Shown one piece after another: positions 11,164-20,822 of a stretch of 64,000 nucleotides of DNA (the stretch's first letter is position 1; each line of letters opens with the position of its first letter). The DNA is from Minisyncoccia bacterium (GTDB lineage Bacteria; Patescibacteriota; Minisyncoccia; SW-4-49-11), in contig JBIKVS010000003.1 of assembly GCA_044356725.1 (NCBI GenBank), positions 34,446 to 98,445 of the forward strand. The letters run 5' to 3'. The notes below the pieces were generated by a model. It was not told the DNA's origin and made no database searches. It was given only the letters and a program-made list of their open reading frames with translations. The position numbers were made by a program, and so were the translations under genes.

Positions 11164-14100
11164 CTATTTTAATCTTAACAAATAAGTTCCACTCTGGTTA
11201 TTATAAACCTGAAACCTCCCTCCAACTACTATCTTTCCATCTGATTGGATAGCGATAGTATTGACAGTCTCATTAAATCCTGTACCTATCTCAAAACTAT
11301 TATCTCTACTTCCATTACTATTGAGTCTTATTATTCTATTAGCTGATGCTCCTCCTTGATCTATAATTTCTGTATAATCATATTCTTCATTATACTCTAA
11401 CTCTCCCTGATATAACTCAAACCCTCCTCCTACTACTATCTTTCCATCTGATTGGATAGCGATAGTATTGACAGTCTCATTAAATCCTGTACCTATCTCA
11501 AAACTATCATCTCTACTTCCATCATTATTTAAACGAATTATTCCATTAGCTGAGGATCCTCCTTGATCTATAATTTCTGTATAATCATATTCTTCATTAT
11601 ACTCTAACTCTCCCTGATATAGGTTAAAATATCCTCCAACTACTATCTTACCATCTGATTGGATAGCGATAGTATTGACAGTACCATCAAATCCTGTGCC
11701 TATCTCAAAACTATTATCTCTACTTCCATTACTATTGAGTCGGATTATGCTATTAGCTGATGCTCCTTTATAATTGCTAAAGTCTCCTCCTACTATTATC
11801 TTTCCATCACTTTGGATAGCGATAGTATTGACAGTCTCATTAAATCCTGTACCTATCTCAAAACTATCATCTCTACTTCCATCACTATTTAAACGAATTA
11901 TTCCATTAGCTGAGGATCCTCCTTGATCTATCATTTCTGTATAATCATATTCTTCATTATACTCTAACTCTCCCTGATATAGGTTAAAATATCCTCCAAC
12001 TACTATCTTACCATCTGATTGGATAGCGATAGTATTGACAGTACCATCAAATCCTGTGCCTATCTCAAAACTATTATCTCTACTTCCATTACTATTGAGT
12101 CGGATTATGCTATTAGCTGATGCTCCTTTATAATTGCTAAAGTCTCCTCCTACTACTATCTTTCCATCTGATTGGATAGCGATAGTATTGACAGTACCAT
12201 CAAATCCTGTGCCTATCTCAAAACTATTATCTCTACTTCCATCACTATTTAAACGAATTATTCCATTAGCTGATTCTCCTTTATAATTGCTAAAACCTCC
12301 TCCTACTATTATCTTTCCATCACTTTGAGTTTTAACTATATCGACATCTGAGTCAAAAGAAATTTTATTGGTGTATTTAATTCTAAGTGACAATCCACTA
12401 TCAAAGTCAGTAGATCTACTACCGTCCAAATTAAATTTTAGAATACTTCCGATAGTAACGTCAATTGCTCCTCCATCAGTATTAAAGTTAGAAATCCATT
12501 CCTCATTTTCAAAATCTATCGTCTGCATATCAATTAATTCTCCATCTGCATTATATACATTATTAACTGTTGTAAACAAAGCTCCTCCTAGAAAAATAGT
12601 GTTATTAACTAATAACATTCTATCCGCGATATTAGGTGTTAATAAACTATTCATATCTAAACTAAAACTTGTATCTCTACTTCCATCACTATTTAGTTTT
12701 AAAATATTTCCTCCAAAATCTTCAATTTCCCCAGAAAAATTTCTAAATAAGATAAATATAGTACCATCGCTTTGTTCATAAATATCTTGTATATAAAAGT
12801 ATGTGTTTATACTTGGTAAAGATATATCTGAATTAAATGATAAATCTTTTTCACCATTGCTTGTTAACCTAATTAATCTATTTACTGAATTGTTTTGATA
12901 TGTTCTAAAATCTCCTCCTACCAATATCTTGCCATCAGTTTGTAACAATATACTGTTGACTACACCTCCACCAAACCAATCACCAAACCCTGACCCCATA
13001 TCAAAGCTGCTATCTCTACTACCATCACTATTTAATCGAATTATTTTATTTGCTCCCAAGCCATTATAACTAGTAAAATTTCCTCCTATCAATATCTTGC
13101 CATCTGACTGAACAACCAATTTATACACAGACCTATCTATACCTGAAAAACCCGTGCCTATATTAAAGCTTGTATCTCTACTTCCATCACTATTTAATCG
13201 GATTATTCTATTTGCTCCTACACCATTATAACTAGTAAAATTTCCTCCTACTATTATCTTGCCATCTTCCTGTATGGCTAAAGTATTGACAGAATCATCC
13301 CCGGCCGTTGTTCCATCCAGACTCCCCCTAAATCCTGTCCCTATATTAAAGCTTGTATCTCTACTTCCATCACTATTAAGTCTAACTATTCCATTAGTTG
13401 ATTCTCCTAGATACTCATTAAAATCTCCTCCTACCAATATCTTTCCATCTGACTGTTCCTTTATATCAAATACACAGCAACTTATGTCACCTGAATTAAA
13501 ACTTTCATCTATATCTCCATTTTGATTAATTCTAAATATATTATTGATATAATCACTATTAATTGTATTTACTAGTATATTACCATCACTTTGTAATTCG
13601 AAAACAGTAGATTGTATGAGTTCAGATTCTAAAAAATTGTCAATATCAATAATGTACCTATTGGAATCAGAAATTAATTCAAACCCAAAATTTCCTGTGT
13701 AAAAATCTTTATCTATTATTCCTGTGGCTGTGTTTAAAGGAGGATTTATACCATCATCTACATCATCTGTATCTGGAGGGATAACTGATGGATTTGGAGT
13801 AGTTGGGATATTAGGTGTAATTGGATTTATAGGTAAATTAGGTACACTAGGAATACTTGGGACATTCGGTATACTTGGTTTATTAGTTATACTTGGTAAT
13901 TCTATTGGCTTATTATTTGTAATAGGTGGTTTATAAACTTCTATTGGAGAATATCTCAAAGGCTGACTTCTTATACCCCTATATTCTCCCCTTATATTAT
14001 TAACTATTGTTGCTATACGTTGTTCTCGTTTTTCCTCATTCTCTCTTGTTACTACTGTGCTATTTCTATCATCTACATCTTGATCTCTGTTATTCTCTAC

Positions 14101-14247
14101 TTTACTATTTTCTATCTTATTAACTGATTCTATATTTAATTCATCAATATCTGTATTTATATTATATATAATATATACTCCTAATACTAATCCTATACTG
14201 ATTCCTATTGTTAATAGGATATTTTTTAAATTTACTTTTCTCTGCAT
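11164..14247 (-). CDS. Membrane-anchored delta-60 repeat surface protein with Pro-rich linker
   Basis: N-terminal TM; P/N/I-rich linker; repeated IRLNSDGSRD.SF.IGTGF...V.TIAIQSDGKI.VGG. Confidence 0.85.
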   Translation of the reverse strand: MQRKVNLKNILLTIGISIGLVLGVYIIYNINTDIDELNIESVNKIENSKVENNRDQDVDDRNSTVVTRENEEKREQRIATIVNNIRGEYRGIRSQPLRYSPIEVYKPPITNNKPIELPSITNKPSIPNVPSIPSVPNLPINPITPNIPTTPNPSVIPPDTDDVDDGINPPLNTATGIIDKDFYTGNFGFELISDSNRYIIDIDNFLESELIQSTVFELQSDGNILVNTINSDYINNIFRINQNGDIDESFNSGDISCCVFDIKEQSDGKILVGGDFNEYLGESTNGIVRLNSDGSRDTSFNIGTGFRGSLDGTTAGDDSVNTLAIQEDGKIIVGGNFTSYNGVGANRIIRLNSDGSRDTSFNIGTGFSGIDRSVYKLVVQSDGKILIGGNFTSYNGLGANKIIRLNSDGSRDSSFDMGSGFGDWFGGGVVNSILLQTDGKILVGGDFRTYQNNSVNRLIRLTSNGEKDLSFNSDISLPSINTYFYIQDIYEQSDGTIFILFRNFSGEIEDFGGNILKLNSDGSRDTSFSLDMNSLLTPNIADRMLLVNNTIFLGGALFTTVNNVYNADGELIDMQTIDFENEEWISNFNTDGGAIDVTIGSILKFNLDGSRSTDFDSGLSLRIKYTNKISFDSDVDIVKTQSDGKIIVGGGFSNYKGESANGIIRLNSDGSRDNSFEIGTGFDGTVNTIAIQSDGKIVVGGDFSNYKGASANSIIRLNSNGSRDNSFEIGTGFDGTVNTIAIQSDGKIVVGGYFNLYQGELEYNEEYDYTEMIDQGGSSANGIIRLNSDGSRDDSFEIGTGFNETVNTIAIQSDGKIIVGGDFSNYKGASANSIIRLNSNGSRDNSFEIGTGFDGTVNTIAIQSDGKIVVGGYFNLYQGELEYNEEYDYTEIIDQGGSSANGIIRLNNDGSRDDSFEIGTGFNETVNTIAIQSDGKIVVGGGFELYQGELEYNEEYDYTEIIDQGGASANRIIRLNSNGSRDNSFEIGTGFNETVNTIAIQSDGKIVVGGRFQVYNNQSGTYLLRLK
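11220..12330 (-). repeat. Intragenic tandem repeats of 153-bp and 207-bp units with a near-identical 360-bp higher-order duplication
   Basis: 11461-11820 and 11821-12180 differ at only about 6 positions. Confidence 0.95.
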
Positions 14248-14332
14248 ATATTTTATTTATAAATTATAACTTATCTTTATTTTATCATATTTATATATAT
14301 GCTTTAATATAACTTATCAACAATTCACACAA

Positions 14333-15448
14333 TCAACCAAATATATCCTGGGAGTCCTTCATAAATATTGTACCTTGAGATAGTTTATACTTTTGTACAG
14401 ATAAAACTAAACCTATCAACATCCAATATACTAACATCGAACTACCTCCATAACTCATAAATGGTAGTGGCACTCCTGTAATTGGTAGAGCTCCTATATT
14501 CATTCCAATATTAATCATTAATTGAATTATAATAGATAAAACCACCCCTAATATGATTAATCTAGGAAAGCTATCTTGAGACTTAAAACCTATATATAAT
14601 ATTCTTCCTATGATTAATAATATAATCATAAAGTAAATAGAGACACCTATAAATCCCCATTGTTGTGCAAAACCTGAAAAAATAAAATCAGTATGTACCT
14701 CTGGAACAAATACAATCTGCTCTTTTACCCCCATTAAACCTCCCGAACTTACAGACTTCATAGATTGTAATATATTATATCCACTTCCCAAAGGATCAGA
14801 GGTTGGATCAAGAAAAGTCAAAATTCTTTGCTTTTGATAGTCTTTAAAAACCCAAATCCAAAGACTACTTGTACTAACTAAACCCATAATAAATAAGATA
14901 AAAATATGCTGCAATTTAATGCCTCCAAAAATAACCATACCAAGCCAAATAGATATTAGAATCGCAGCCGTCCCAAAGTCAGGTTGCAGTAAAACTAATG
15001 ATACTATGATAAAAACTGGTAGTAATGATAGAATTATAGATAAAAAGCTATTAATCTTATGATGATATCTAGTAAAATAATGAGAAACTATTAGAATCAC
15101 TACTATCTTAGCAAATTCTGCTGGTTGTAAATTAAATATCCCAATTGAAAACCAGCTTTTAGCTCCATTGATTCTATCGCCAAATATTAAAACCAGTATT
15201 AATAAGCTGCTTATCCCAAAAAATAAGGGTTGAATTAAAGTAGAAAAGACTCGATAATCAATTTGTGAAATTATAATAGCCATAGTAAGACCGATTATAA
15301 TAGATATTATATGTTTTATAATCAAACTTTGACTTACTATAGATATCCCATTCATATTGAGCCCAATAAGTACAATTAATCCCATAGAGGAAAGAGCCAA
15401 TACTAGCAAAATAGTTAACCAATCTATTGAAAACACTAATTTTCTCAT
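14333..15448 (-). CDS. rodA: Rod shape-determining protein RodA (SEDS family)
   Basis: GAKSW, QPAEFAK, QPDFGTA, DPLGSGYN, PEVHTDFIF and PFMSYGGS motifs. Confidence 0.85.
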   Translation of the reverse strand: MRKLVFSIDWLTILLVLALSSMGLIVLIGLNMNGISIVSQSLIIKHIISIIIGLTMAIIISQIDYRVFSTLIQPLFFGISSLLILVLIFGDRINGAKSWFSIGIFNLQPAEFAKIVVILIVSHYFTRYHHKINSFLSIILSLLPVFIIVSLVLLQPDFGTAAILISIWLGMVIFGGIKLQHIFILFIMGLVSTSSLWIWVFKDYQKQRILTFLDPTSDPLGSGYNILQSMKSVSSGGLMGVKEQIVFVPEVHTDFIFSGFAQQWGFIGVSIYFMIILLIIGRILYIGFKSQDSFPRLIILGVVLSIIIQLMINIGMNIGALPITGVPLPFMSYGGSSMLVYWMLIGLVLSVQKYKLSQGTIFMKDSQDIFG

Positions 15449-15454
15449 ACACTT

Positions 15455-16219
15455 TTATCTCTCAAAGATAGGTTTCTGTTGTAATTCAATTAATAATTCT
15501 CTATCTCTTAACACATTACTTTGAGCATATATTTTGGTATTATCTTTAATTGCTCCTGGCAACTCTTCTTTCCAGATCATTTCAAAGTCTCTTGACTCTA
15601 GAGTTAGCACATCTCTAATTAAAGTTTGATTTACTCCTATTATATTTGAATTATCATCTGTTATAATCGCTATAACTTGTATATTTTTCAGGTTCACCGG
15701 ACTAGCATTGGTAAGTATTCCAAAAACTGTAAAAGCATTGCCAGCTTTATTTGAAATACCTAAACTTACATTTCTAGTTACTAATTCTGGTAAGCTAGAT
15801 TTTGATAATTGAGCCCATTCTGGTTCCTGATTTATCTTAAAGTCTTGTAATTCATATTCTGATGACACATCCAATAAAAGAACATATCTTTTCTTATCCC
15901 CTGGCAATATAAATGTATCTCCTCTTCTTATAGATTCTGTACCATTAGAATTATTCAAAATGAAACTATATTCTAGTTTTGCCACCCCATAATCATCATT
16001 GGGATTACTTAGTTCAACCCAAAAGTCTGCTTTACCATTGCCTAAATCTATTTTACCAGATTTTATAATTTGGATTGGCTGTATGAAAGGCTTATCTTCA
16101 ACAATAACTGGAGTAGATGGAAATAAAGTTATAACAATTAAAAATATAATAGTGGAAAAAACCATCAAATATACTGATGCAATAATAGTTTGTTTTATTC
16201 TTCTTTGAGAGGCTGTCAT
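15455..16219 (-). CDS. Hypothetical single-pass membrane protein
   Basis: 254-aa ORF, N-terminal TM, beta-rich soluble part; tightly linked to rodA. Confidence 0.7.
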   Translation of the reverse strand: MTASQRRIKQTIIASVYLMVFSTIIFLIVITLFPSTPVIVEDKPFIQPIQIIKSGKIDLGNGKADFWVELSNPNDDYGVAKLEYSFILNNSNGTESIRRGDTFILPGDKKRYVLLLDVSSEYELQDFKINQEPEWAQLSKSSLPELVTRNVSLGISNKAGNAFTVFGILTNASPVNLKNIQVIAIITDDNSNIIGVNQTLIRDVLTLESRDFEMIWKEELPGAIKDNTKIYAQSNVLRDRELLIELQQKPIFER

Positions 16220-16313
16220 ATTAATTTATAAAATATTATTTAATTTTAGTATATCAGAAATTTGCTTTTTATGATATAATATATTATATCCTTAATAAAT
16301 ACGAAAATACTAT

Positions 16314-17387
16314 ATGTATAAACCTGGTTATAGTGTACTATTATTAACAATAATTATATCAACTATAGGAGTAGCTTTAGCTGTAAGTGCCCTTAGTAAT
16401 AGTACTCAAATTGCAAGAACTAATATTAATATTACTGATGTTGTCCTAAATAAATCTAAAGCCTCAAGTTGTGTGGAAAAGGTCTTTACTAAGTTAAAAT
16501 CATATAGATTTTATGGCGGAGATGAGACCTTTGAAGATGGATGTAGAGTCTATACTATCTCAGGTATTGGGAATAGTGAAAGAGTTATCTACACCAAAGT
16601 AGAATCTTCTATCCTAGAGACTAAAATTAAACAAATTAATCCTAACATAATTATAGACTATCAAAAACAAATTACAAATGATCAATTAATTCAAGCACAA
16701 GAGAATAACCCCTATGTGATTGACCCTAAAGCTATAAGATTATGGCTAAAGGCAGATAGAGCTGAGGCTAACAATAATAATCCCGTATTTAGTGTTAAAA
16801 ACTCTACTGATGATTTAATCGACTTTGCTCAGCTTACTAATGCTCCAAATCTAGCTCCAACATTAATTACTAATGCTATTAACAATAGACCTGCATTAAG
16901 ATTTGATGGTATAGATGATTTTCTTACCAGTACCACTACTTCTATACATACTAATAATGGATTAAGTATAATTGTAGTAGGAAAAACTAGTAATACTGCC
17001 AATAATAATCAGACTTATATTGGGAAATTTGATACTACTAATAATGAAAGAGAATGGAGATTGCAAAATGATGAATTTAATATCACAGATAGTAACTTGT
17101 CCTTTGCAAATAATAATACTAACTTTAATATATTGACTGCACTATGGTCACCAACTTCTCCTCAAATGAGCTTATCTATAAATAATAATCCAGCAACTAC
17201 TGCTACTGGTTCAACTAGTATAACCAATACCACCGAGCCAATTATTGTTGGAGCTAATCTACAAGGAAGTACTGGATTCTTGAATGGGGATATTGCTGAA
17301 ATTTTGGTTTATAATAAAAAATTAAGCACAGATGAGTTAAATAAAGTCAAAACTTATATGAACTCTAAATATAGTCTTTACCCATAA
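16314..17387 (+). CDS. Minor pilin (PilX/GspK-like, no Glu5) with C-terminal LamG/ConA-like domain
   Basis: KPG|YSVLLLTIII; LWLKAD...RPALRFDG.DD...GDIAEILVYN. Confidence 0.7.
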   Translation: MYKPGYSVLLLTIIISTIGVALAVSALSNSTQIARTNINITDVVLNKSKASSCVEKVFTKLKSYRFYGGDETFEDGCRVYTISGIGNSERVIYTKVESSILETKIKQINPNIIIDYQKQITNDQLIQAQENNPYVIDPKAIRLWLKADRAEANNNNPVFSVKNSTDDLIDFAQLTNAPNLAPTLITNAINNRPALRFDGIDDFLTSTTTSIHTNNGLSIIVVGKTSNTANNNQTYIGKFDTTNNEREWRLQNDEFNITDSNLSFANNNTNFNILTALWSPTSPQMSLSINNNPATTATGSTSITNTTEPIIVGANLQGSTGFLNGDIAEILVYNKKLSTDELNKVKTYMNSKYSLYP

Positions 17388-17390
17388 AAT

Positions 17391-19259
17391 ATGAAAAAAT
17401 ATTCAGGATTTACATTATTAGAAATACTATTATATGTAGTTATTGGTGGAGTCACTTTAGCTGTAGCTGTATTTTCATTTGCTCAATTGAATAGACTCTC
17501 TACTTCTTTTAGAGTTAATAATGAATTAAATCAAACTGGCAGCTCAATTATTAGTCAAATTCAAAATATAATCAATGAAGCTGATACTATTATAAGTCCC
17601 AAATTAGGTAATAATCCTGATAACACTCTAGTCTTGAGAAAAGGGAATGTCGACACTACTATAACCCAATCAGATAATAATATAGTTGTATCTTATAGTG
17701 ATAGTACCCCATCCTTCAATCTGAATCCAGCTGGGATACTAGCTGTAAACACTCCATCACCCACTCTATCATTCGAACAAATTGATACTCAAGAGAATAA
17801 AGATCCAAACAATATATCTCAAACTCTAAAGCTAAAATTTACTCTTAGGTATAACAAACCTGCCTTTAGTAGTTATGAATATGAGGCTGAGAAGGCTTTT
17901 GAAACTACTTTACAATTATCTAAAAAAGCCACTGCCTTTGAGCCTATTCTTAACACATATTCAACAGGAGCCAATGGAGTCGCTTATGGGTTAAGAAAAT
18001 TAGTTGGATTTAATACTAATACCAATCTATTATCCTCAGCCTATAATGGACCTGCAATTAGAGTTAGAAGAGATACTGGATTAGATCAAAGTGAAATGGA
18101 TATAGGCTTTAATTCTAGAGGAGAATTAGACACAGTAGCTTTACAAAATTTTGTTGGTTATCAAAACTTTTTTAATTATTCTGAAGATATAACTAGTCCT
18201 AATGGTGGTTGGAGTTTGAATAATATAACAACCATATCAGATAATACAATAGCACCTGATGGGACTAATACTGCTGAGAAAGTTAATCTGAATACTGGTA
18301 ATACTCAAAGATTTATATTAAAGGATACAAATATAGTCAGTGGGGCTACTTATACCGACTCCTATTATGTAAAAGCTAATAATAATTATAATTTTGTTCA
18401 GATAGCAACTAGTACTGGTTTTTCAACCACAGCTTATCAGAACTATAATCTAAGCAATGGCACACTGGTAAGTTCATCTGGAGTTACTGCTGGGCAAGCT
18501 AATATTCAATCTGTAGGAAATGGTTGGTATCGTATTTCTCTCTCAGCCACAGCTACTGCATCTGGTGCTGGAAGAATGGTTTTAGCTATTGTAAATTCAG
18601 CTACTTCTGCCAGATTAGAGAATGTCAATGTAGCTAATACTACAGACTCAATATTTGTATGGGGTGGCATGAGACATCTTGGGAACACCCTGAAGACTTA
18701 TCAAAAAACAACTATCAATGCTAATACTGGGGACGGGTATATCTCTACTTGGTATGACCAATCTGGCAATAAGAATAATGCTATTCAAACTAATACATCA
18801 GCTCAACCTAAAATTGTAGATGGAGTTACAGGAATAGTATTACAAAATAATAAACCAGCCATTAGATTTGATGGTTCTGATGACCAATTAGTAAATACAT
18901 CTTTTAATAATGCTACCAACTCTACAGCATTCTTTATAGCTAGTAGACTCACTAACAATCAATCCTTTATGGCAAGATCTAACAATTATGCTACCTTAGG
19001 AGCTACAGATTTATTCAATCCATATTATCTGAATAAATCTAGCACATCTGCAACACCTGGATCAGATACTAAAAATAGTCTAAATCTATATACAGCTATT
19101 AGAACTTCAGCTATTAATAGCACTCTTAATATAGGAGCTGGAAGTACTGGAAATTTCTTAAATGGTCATATATCTGAGCTAATTATATATGATGGTAATA
19201 AATTAGCTAATAAATTAGATATTGAGAATAATCTTAGAGATTATTACGGAACTCCATAA
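17391..19259 (+). CDS. Minor pilin (PilW-like) with ConA/arabinofuranosidase-B-like adhesin domain
   Basis: SG|FTLLEILLY; AYGLRKL...AIRVRR...DIGF and TWYDQSGN motifs. Confidence 0.75.
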   Translation: MKKYSGFTLLEILLYVVIGGVTLAVAVFSFAQLNRLSTSFRVNNELNQTGSSIISQIQNIINEADTIISPKLGNNPDNTLVLRKGNVDTTITQSDNNIVVSYSDSTPSFNLNPAGILAVNTPSPTLSFEQIDTQENKDPNNISQTLKLKFTLRYNKPAFSSYEYEAEKAFETTLQLSKKATAFEPILNTYSTGANGVAYGLRKLVGFNTNTNLLSSAYNGPAIRVRRDTGLDQSEMDIGFNSRGELDTVALQNFVGYQNFFNYSEDITSPNGGWSLNNITTISDNTIAPDGTNTAEKVNLNTGNTQRFILKDTNIVSGATYTDSYYVKANNNYNFVQIATSTGFSTTAYQNYNLSNGTLVSSSGVTAGQANIQSVGNGWYRISLSATATASGAGRMVLAIVNSATSARLENVNVANTTDSIFVWGGMRHLGNTLKTYQKTTINANTGDGYISTWYDQSGNKNNAIQTNTSAQPKIVDGVTGIVLQNNKPAIRFDGSDDQLVNTSFNNATNSTAFFIASRLTNNQSFMARSNNYATLGATDLFNPYYLNKSSTSATPGSDTKNSLNLYTAIRTSAINSTLNIGAGSTGNFLNGHISELIIYDGNKLANKLDIENNLRDYYGTP

Positions 19260-19261
19260 GT

Positions 19262-19487
19262 TTAGTTAATATTTTTTAAAGTAAGTTTATGTTCTCTGAA
19301 ATATAATACGGTAAATCTCAGTATTTTTTAAATCCAAAAGGACTGAGCTCTGCCTTCTAAAAATCACTACCTACTTTTTACCTCTTAACCCATGTTTTCA
19401 TAGATAAGCCTCGGCTTTTGTCATTGATGATCTGAGCTTATTTTCTACGGCCTTGAGATGTTTATTATATTTATTGTTTTCTCTCAT
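19262..19487 (-). pseudogene. Decayed DUF559 (very-short-patch-repair-like) endonuclease
   Basis: MRENNKYNKHLKAVENKLRSSMTKAEAYL*KHGLRGKK*VVIFRRQ, then in another frame LRFTVLYFREHKLTLKNIN; matches DUF559 LR..MT.AE..LW / FRRQ / G.TVLRF motifs, with stops and an internal deletion. Confidence 0.75.
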
Positions 19488-19523
19488 CTATTTTGGTGTT
19501 TAGATAAAGTTGGAAGATCTTAG

Positions 19524-19620
19524 TCCTCCTCCGTCACCTACGGTGACACCTCCCCCAAGGGAGGACAGTTCTTATCTTGTCTCCATTTGGAGGGAGTACC
19601 CGCAGGGGGAGGGAGGACAG
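19524..19620 (+). repeat. Pair of GC-rich REP-like hairpin elements (type A 19524-19570, type B 19577-19620)
   Basis: GC-rich palindromes in AT-rich intergenic DNA, both ending GGGAGGACAG; homologous copies at 44551-44814. Confidence 0.85.
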
Positions 19621-19623
19621 AGC

Positions 19624-20814
19624 CTACAGCCCAAATCTACCTTTGGTAGCATTGAAGTTTTGTTGAATTTCTTCTGGGGTAAGTGCTCTACTATAAAATT
19701 TTGCAGAATATATTCTACCATTAAAAAATCCATAACTTGGGTAAGCGCCTATCAAATCTGTAGTGATTTTTACATTTGTTCTTGTACTAGCTAGACCATT
19801 TTTTATAAATGTTCCATTTATATAAAGAGAAGGAACTTTATTTGTATAATTTACTACTATATGAATTGGGGCATTTATAGTAACTGAGTGCGATAATAAT
19901 GGAGGCATATAAGCAGCTGAATGCTCATAAACACTTATACCATTAGTTCCAACTGATATTCCAGAACCGGCATCAGGAGATGCAACAAATTGAGGGCCAA
20001 TTACATATTTTTGTCCTGATGTACCCCCAAAACCAGAATTAGTTTGTGATTCTATTTCGTGAGTTGTTTGTGGTAGGCACCAAATATCGTATGAAAAATT
20101 ATTAAAAACATTAGAAGTACTTGAGGATACTCTATCATCGCCCCCATCAAAGACTAAAGCACCTCCATTAGCAGAGTTGTAGGTAGGAGTAGAAGGAGCT
20201 GGAGCAAGTGTCCCATTATTATTGTTCCCACTTAAATCAAACCAGGTATTTTGGGCTGTATTTAAACCTGGATAACTATTTATATTACCTGCATCTAGAT
20301 GTAATACTAGTCCATTAGTGACTATAGATGGAGTGATTGTATTAGATTGTAGTTCAGTAGTAGCTTCTTTATTAATTACTCCTGACTTATTAATTATAAT
20401 AGACTTACTTACTCCCCCACCAGTTAAATCTATTTTAATAGAATCATTACTCAAGTCTAGTTCACCATTGATAAGCTTGAATGGTATGTCTAATGTCTGT
20501 TCTGAACTGACTGTGATGCCAGAATTGATTGTGATAATTTCAGGATATTGAGTAGATGTACAGGTTACTGCTGTTATAGTGTATGTTTTAGCAGTATTAT
20601 CTATACATACTCTCCATTGAGAATCTTTATACTGATTTTTAGATAATTGTTGGGCTCTTAGCAATGCATTGTAGAGAGATTCATGGGCTGCACTTAAATC
20701 ATTGCGGATTACTATACTAGATACTAAAGGTGTCGTAATAGCTATAAGAATAGCTATCAAAACTATTACTAAAGTAATTTCTATTAATGTAAAACCTTTA
20801 TATTTACCCTTCAT
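19624..20814 (-). CDS. Minor pilin (FimT/GspH-like) with C-terminal LamG domain
   Basis: KG|FTLIEI; IVTNGLVLHLDAG...WFDLSGN...FDG.DD...EIQQNFNA. Confidence 0.8.
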   Translation of the reverse strand: MKGKYKGFTLIEITLVIVLIAILIAITTPLVSSIVIRNDLSAAHESLYNALLRAQQLSKNQYKDSQWRVCIDNTAKTYTITAVTCTSTQYPEIITINSGITVSSEQTLDIPFKLINGELDLSNDSIKIDLTGGGVSKSIIINKSGVINKEATTELQSNTITPSIVTNGLVLHLDAGNINSYPGLNTAQNTWFDLSGNNNNGTLAPAPSTPTYNSANGGALVFDGGDDRVSSSTSNVFNNFSYDIWCLPQTTHEIESQTNSGFGGTSGQKYVIGPQFVASPDAGSGISVGTNGISVYEHSAAYMPPLLSHSVTINAPIHIVVNYTNKVPSLYINGTFIKNGLASTRTNVKITTDLIGAYPSYGFFNGRIYSAKFYSRALTPEEIQQNFNATKGRFGL

Positions 20815-20822
20815 ACTTTGAT

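Noticed and set aside
19395-19405. In-frame TGA at a conserved Trp position of the DUF559 remnant, suggesting stop-codon recoding
   Set aside because: rodA, the histidine kinase and other genes end in TGA, long genes are intact in code 11, and the remnant also has a TAG and a deletion.
19510-19794. 94-aa plus-strand ORF
   Set aside because: Stays open only because it crosses GC-rich repeats, and it overlaps the pilin gene in antisense.
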